Assembly (NCBI GenBank): GCA_964351535.1
Contig: CAYGPA010000001.1
Location: 21,454 to 67,310, forward strand
Direction of reading: 5' to 3'
DNA: 45,857 nucleotides
Origin: an uncultured Planctomycetaceae bacterium
GTDB taxonomy: Bacteria; Planctomycetota; UBA1135; GCA-002686595
Made by a program: the position numbers and the translations under genes. Numbering within the stretch: the first letter of the stretch is position 1; every line of letters starts with the position of its first letter. This document shows, in pieces, positions 42,352 to 45,857 of the stretch. The notes beneath the pieces are model-generated. The model worked only from the letters and a program-made list of their open reading frames with translations, had not been told where the DNA came from and made no database searches.

Positions 42352-43506
42352 TCAGTAGCCCGCGTGCTTGTCGACCACGTTCAACAGCGGTTCGCCCCGC
42401 GCGAAGCGCCGCAGGTTCTCGCGGAACAGGTCGCGCACGCGGTCGCCGGTCATGGCCGAGCGGCCGGCGACGTGCGGCGTGAGGACCACGTTGGGAGCGG
42501 ACCAGAGCGGGTGTCCCGCGGGCAGCGGCTCGGGGTCGGTGACGTCCAGGCACGCGCCGCCCAGGTGTCCGCTCGAGAGGGCCTCGACGAGTGCGTCGGT
42601 GTCGACCACGGCTCCGCGGGCGATGTTCACGAGCAAGGCCCCCGCCTTCATGGCGAGCAGCCGCTCGCGGGAGATCAGGCCGCGCGTCTCATCGGTGAGC
42701 GGAACGCAGAGCACGACGACGTCGGCCTCCCCGAGCCAGGCGTCGAGGTCGGTCGAGACTCCGGCGCGACGCACGAACTCCGGCGCGGGCCGCGCGGTCC
42801 GGCCGATGCCCCACACCTCCATGCCGAAGCCCGCGCCGCGGCGCGCCACCTCCGTACCGATGCCGCCGAGCCCGACGACGAGGAGCCGCCGGCCGTGCAG
42901 CGCGAACGGCTCGCGCTCCGGGCTGGAGCGGTCCCACTGACCGGCGCGCTGCCGCTCCGCGAAGACATCGAGGCCGCGCGTCAACTGGAGCAGCATCGCG
43001 AACACGTGGTCGGCGATGGTCGGGCCGTGCATGCCCTGCATGTTGGTCAGCACGATGTCGTCCCGCTCGACGAGCGCCGTCACGGCGAGGGCGCGGTCGA
43101 CGCCCGCGCTGAAGGCCTGCACCCACTTCAGATCGGGTGCCGCGCCCAGCAGCTCGGCGGTCGCGTAGCGCGCGTCCATGCCGTCCAGCTCGCCGGCCCG
43201 CGCGAGCGCCTCCTCGGAGGACAGGTTGCGCAGCAGACGCACGTTCGGAGCGAGCTCGGACAGGAGGCGGGCCTCGTCGTCGTCGATGCGGCCGGCCAGG
43301 AACGTCAGCGGAACGCGTCCACCGTCGGTGTCCACGGCGACGACGGCGTGCCGCGTGGAGCCCAGGTCCGGAGCTGCGTCCCCCGTACGAGACGAGCCTG
43401 CGTCCCCGGCGCGGCAGGAGGACGTCGCGAGCGCGACGCCGAGAACGAGCGGAGCGAGCCATCGTGTCCGCGGCGGGCTGCAGGGCGACGTGAGGTGTGC
43501 ATGCAT
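42352..43506 (-). CDS. D-isomer-specific 2-hydroxyacid dehydrogenase family protein with an N-terminal signal/anchor-like extension
   Basis: 'LLVVGLGGIGTEVARR' is the NAD-binding motif. 'VVVLCVPLTDETRGLI', 'LVNIARGAVVD' and 'LDVTDPEPLPAGHPLW..PNVVLTPHVAG' are family blocks. N-terminus 'MHAHLTSPCSPPRTRWLAPLVLGVALATSSC'. The start is ATG 43506 or GTG/ATG 43527. Confidence 0.85.
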   Translation of the reverse strand: MHAHLTSPCSPPRTRWLAPLVLGVALATSSCRAGDAGSSRTGDAAPDLGSTRHAVVAVDTDGGRVPLTFLAGRIDDDEARLLSELAPNVRLLRNLSSEEALARAGELDGMDARYATAELLGAAPDLKWVQAFSAGVDRALAVTALVERDDIVLTNMQGMHGPTIADHVFAMLLQLTRGLDVFAERQRAGQWDRSSPEREPFALHGRRLLVVGLGGIGTEVARRGAGFGMEVWGIGRTARPAPEFVRRAGVSTDLDAWLGEADVVVLCVPLTDETRGLISRERLLAMKAGALLVNIARGAVVDTDALVEALSSGHLGGACLDVTDPEPLPAGHPLWSAPNVVLTPHVAGRSAMTGDRVRDLFRENLRRFARGEPLLNVVDKHAGY

Positions 43507-43662
43507 GCCCACACTCTCCCCGCACACTCGCTTTGAAGCAAGCCGGCGCGACGCGCCCGAGCCGGCCGAGGCCGATGAAGCCGGGGGGGGCGGAACAATG
43601 CCCCGCGCCAGGAGCGCGCCGTCTTGGCATACTCTCCCCCTCCACCTCTCAGGAGCCCCGTC

Positions 43663-44121
43663 ATGCCCCGCATCGCCCTCGCCCTACTGGTCACCCCGCT
43701 GCTGCTGCTCGTCGCGTGCTCGACGCCGAACCTCCAGCACGTGCCCTTTCCGGACCTCGAATCCGACCTGGAGGCGGGAGAGGTCGGGAGGGTCTTCGTC
43801 CTGCGCCAGGAGCAGACCGTGGGCTCGATCCGCTCGCTGCGGGTCTACGACGGCGGGGTCCTGATCGGCTCGATCGGCAAGGACGGCTTCCTGTGCTGGG
43901 ACCGCCCCGCCGGCCGCAATCCGCTCGCCGTGGTCTACGAGGGTCCGAAGATCGACGGCGGCGACATCGAGAGCATCTCCGACCTCCACGTCGTCGCCGG
44001 AGCCGAGCACTACTACGAGGTGAGCCTCGATGGCGGGACCAAGAAGCCCGTGATCACGAAGCTCGAGGTCGCCGACGGTCGGGCCCGGATCCAGAGCCGC
44101 GAGCGACCCGAGGTCGACTAG
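43663..44121 (+). CDS. Small lipoprotein (DUF2846-like)
   Basis: Shine-Dalgarno 'aggag' ends 8 nt before ATG 43663. Lipobox 'LLLLVAC'. 'VFVLRQEQTVGSIRSLRVYDGGVLIGSIGKDGFLCWDRPAG' resembles the DUF2846 pattern. This is a family-level guess. Confidence 0.6.
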   Translation: MPRIALALLVTPLLLLVACSTPNLQHVPFPDLESDLEAGEVGRVFVLRQEQTVGSIRSLRVYDGGVLIGSIGKDGFLCWDRPAGRNPLAVVYEGPKIDGGDIESISDLHVVAGAEHYYEVSLDGGTKKPVITKLEVADGRARIQSRERPEVD

Positions 44122-44236
44122 TCGAGGCTGCCTCGCGCGCGGCGGCACCCGCGGCGCACCCGTCGAGCTCCCGCCCGGCGCGTCCGGCGACGCGCCGCCA
44201 CTCCCGCGGGCCCGCGAGCCCCAGCGAAAGTTCCCC

Positions 44237-45466
44237 ATGCGCACCATGCTCCTCACCACCGCTCGCCTCCTCGCCTGCGGCGCCGTCGTCTCCTCCTGCG
44301 CCACGCCTCCGGACCCGGGCGAGGTGGACGCCCGCGCCCTGCGCCTCGCGTGGGAGACGATCGTCCTCGACGGACACGTCGATCTGCCGATCCGCCTGAG
44401 CGGCGCGCCCGAGGACGTGTCCGTGCGCACGGCGAGCGGGGACTTCGACTACGTACGCGCTCGCGAAGGCGGCCTGGACGCGCCCTTCATGTCGATCTAC
44501 GTGCCCGCCGCGTTCGAGGCCGAGCCCGGCAAGTCCTACGCCTTCGCGAACGAGCTGATCGACCTGGTCGAGGGTCTGGCCCAGGACCATCCCGACAAGT
44601 TCGTGCAGGTCCGCACCGCCGACGAGGTGCGCGCGGCCTTCGCCTCGGGGCGCATCGGACTGCTGATGGGCATGGAGAACGGCTCGCCGATCGAGGGCGA
44701 CCTCTCGAAGCTGGACGCGCTGGCGGCGCGCGGGATCGGCTACGTGACCCTCTGCCACTCCAGGGACAACCACATCTGCGACTCCTCCTACGACGAGCGC
44801 GACACGCCGCGCGGCCTGACGGAGTTCGGCCGCGAGGTCGTCGTACGCATGAACGAGCTCGGCGTCCTGGTCGACGTGTCGCACATCTCCGACGACGCGT
44901 TCTGGGAGGTCATGGAGGTCACGCGCGCGCCGGCCATCGCGTCGCACTCGTCGCTGCGCCACTTCGTCCCGGGCTTCGAGCGCAACATGAGCGACGCGAT
45001 GGTCGAGCGCCTCGCGGAGAACGGCGGCGTGGTCCAGATCAACTTCGGCTCGACCTTCGTCACGGCCGCGGCCAACGCCCACGGCTCGGAGCGGCGCGCG
45101 GCCATCACCGCCTTCATGAACGAGCACGACCTGCCGCGCGATCACGAGGACACCGTCGCCTTCGTCGCCGACTGGGACAGCGCGCACCCCTTCCCGCGCG
45201 CGGACGTGCGTGACGTCGCCGACCACATCGATCGGGTCGTGGAGCTCGCGGGCGTCGAGCACGTCGGCTTCGGTTCGGACTTCGACGGCGTCGGCGACTC
45301 GCTGCCCGACGGGCTGCGCGACGCTTCGATGTACCCCAACCTGATCGCCGAGCTCCTGCGGCGCGGCTACAGCGAGTCCGACATCGAGAAGATCGCCTCG
45401 GGCAACGTCCTGCGCGTCATGGACGAGGCTCGTCGCGTCGCGCGCGAGCTGACCGAAGCGCGCTGA
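44237..45466 (+). CDS. Membrane (renal-type) dipeptidase, peptidase family M19, lipoprotein
   Basis: Signal 'MRTMLLTTARLLACGAVVSSC'. 'LDGHVDLP', 'LMGMENG', 'YVTLCHSRDN', 'VLVDVSHISD', 'ASHSS' and 'VGFGSDFDG' are M19 motifs. Confidence 0.9.
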   Translation: MRTMLLTTARLLACGAVVSSCATPPDPGEVDARALRLAWETIVLDGHVDLPIRLSGAPEDVSVRTASGDFDYVRAREGGLDAPFMSIYVPAAFEAEPGKSYAFANELIDLVEGLAQDHPDKFVQVRTADEVRAAFASGRIGLLMGMENGSPIEGDLSKLDALAARGIGYVTLCHSRDNHICDSSYDERDTPRGLTEFGREVVVRMNELGVLVDVSHISDDAFWEVMEVTRAPAIASHSSLRHFVPGFERNMSDAMVERLAENGGVVQINFGSTFVTAAANAHGSERRAAITAFMNEHDLPRDHEDTVAFVADWDSAHPFPRADVRDVADHIDRVVELAGVEHVGFGSDFDGVGDSLPDGLRDASMYPNLIAELLRRGYSESDIEKIASGNVLRVMDEARRVARELTEAR

Positions 45467-45476
45467 ACCGCGCGGG

Positions 45477-45857
45477 TCACTCCGTCGAGAGCAGCCACAG
45501 GGCCGCGACCAGGGTCGCCAGGCCGGCGAGCAGCGCCAGGGCGCTGCAGGCGCGGCGCACGCGATCCGCGGCGTGCGGCGAAGGAGCTGGAGCGGCGGCG
45601 ACCTGCCGCTCGGTGGGCGCCTCGAGCCCCGCCACGCCGGCCCTCGCGGCCCGCAGCGCGCATGAAGGCGGCATTGGCGAACAGCAGCCTGCCGTCGCGG
45701 TCGGCCATGGCAAGGCCCAGCGGCAACTGACTGAGCAGCGCTTCGAGATGCGGCACCGCGGCCGTCGCTTCGCCGACGCCGCTGCCCAGCCCCACACCGG
45801 AGTCCACCAGCAGCATCAGCAGGGGAAAGAAGAAGATGCCCGTGAACGCGGTGAATG
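45477..45857 (-). pseudogene. 3' fragment of a membrane/PAS-like sensor gene running in from beyond the window; apparent frame switch near 45650-45670
   Basis: The frame of track ORF 45367..45816 is coding-like from the window edge ('FTAFTGIFFFPLLMLLVDSGVG...LLSQLPLGLAMADRDGRLLFANAAFMRAAG', a TM segment plus the start of a PAS-like block). It then degrades. The frame of ORF 45477..45797 becomes coding-like only in its 3' half ('...RVRRACSALALLAGLATLVAALWLLSTE*'). Confidence 0.3.

Overview
This is a very GC-rich bacterial chromosomal segment, densely packed with genes. I support about 38 protein-coding genes. I found no rRNA, tRNA, CRISPR array, transposase or integrase. The six-frame track is full of long Arg/Ala/Gly/Pro-rich ORFs that mirror the real genes. 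I chose frames by recognisable protein motifs, third-position GC and start/stop geometry. Seven gene junctions are 4-nt GTGA or TTGA start/stop overlaps, which implies translationally coupled operons.

Gene content, left to right:
- A 5'-partial PD40/TolB-like repeat protein.
- An 876-aa secreted protein with 13-14 beta-propeller blades.
- An exported PTP-like phosphatase fused to a cytochrome c', next to a group II truncated haemoglobin.
- A Ser/Thr kinase with TPR repeats.
- A CRTAC1/ASPIC-UnbV protein coupled to a TPR gene.
- An unknown membrane protein, a purple-acid-phosphatase-like metallophosphoesterase and a GNAT acetyltransferase.
- A NodU/CmcH carbamoyltransferase with a PqqD-like tail.
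- A SUI1/YciH translation factor homologue.
- A putative GT-C membrane glycosyltransferase overlapping a sulfatase-fold gene that lacks the formylglycine motif.
- A DUF2235 (Tle1-fold) hydrolase fused to a PA-IL/LecA-like domain and coupled to a WbsX-like gene.
- DUF3817, YpfJ, a REC-EAL response regulator, a Zn-dependent alcohol dehydrogenase, an alpha/beta hydrolase and a DUF1080 lipoprotein.
- A redoxin fused to an intradiol-dioxygenase-like domain.
- MsrP without MsrQ.
- A selenocysteine-containing NAD-type formate dehydrogenase. The track splits its fdhA at an in-frame TGA, and a SECIS-like hairpin follows that codon.
- A complete LysW-carrier gene cluster, lysW-X-Y-Z-J-K.
- A 2-hydroxyacid dehydrogenase, a small lipoprotein, an M19 dipeptidase and a disrupted gene fragment at the right edge.

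The most interesting signal is upstream of lysW and is invisible to the ORF track because it is too short. A 19-codon ORF, MTIRVSKALKKKLCPRGVG, carries three consecutive AAG lysine codons. It is followed by a perfect 15-bp GC hairpin, and alternative pairings are visible. This is the layout of a ribosome-mediated, lysine-sensing transcription attenuator.
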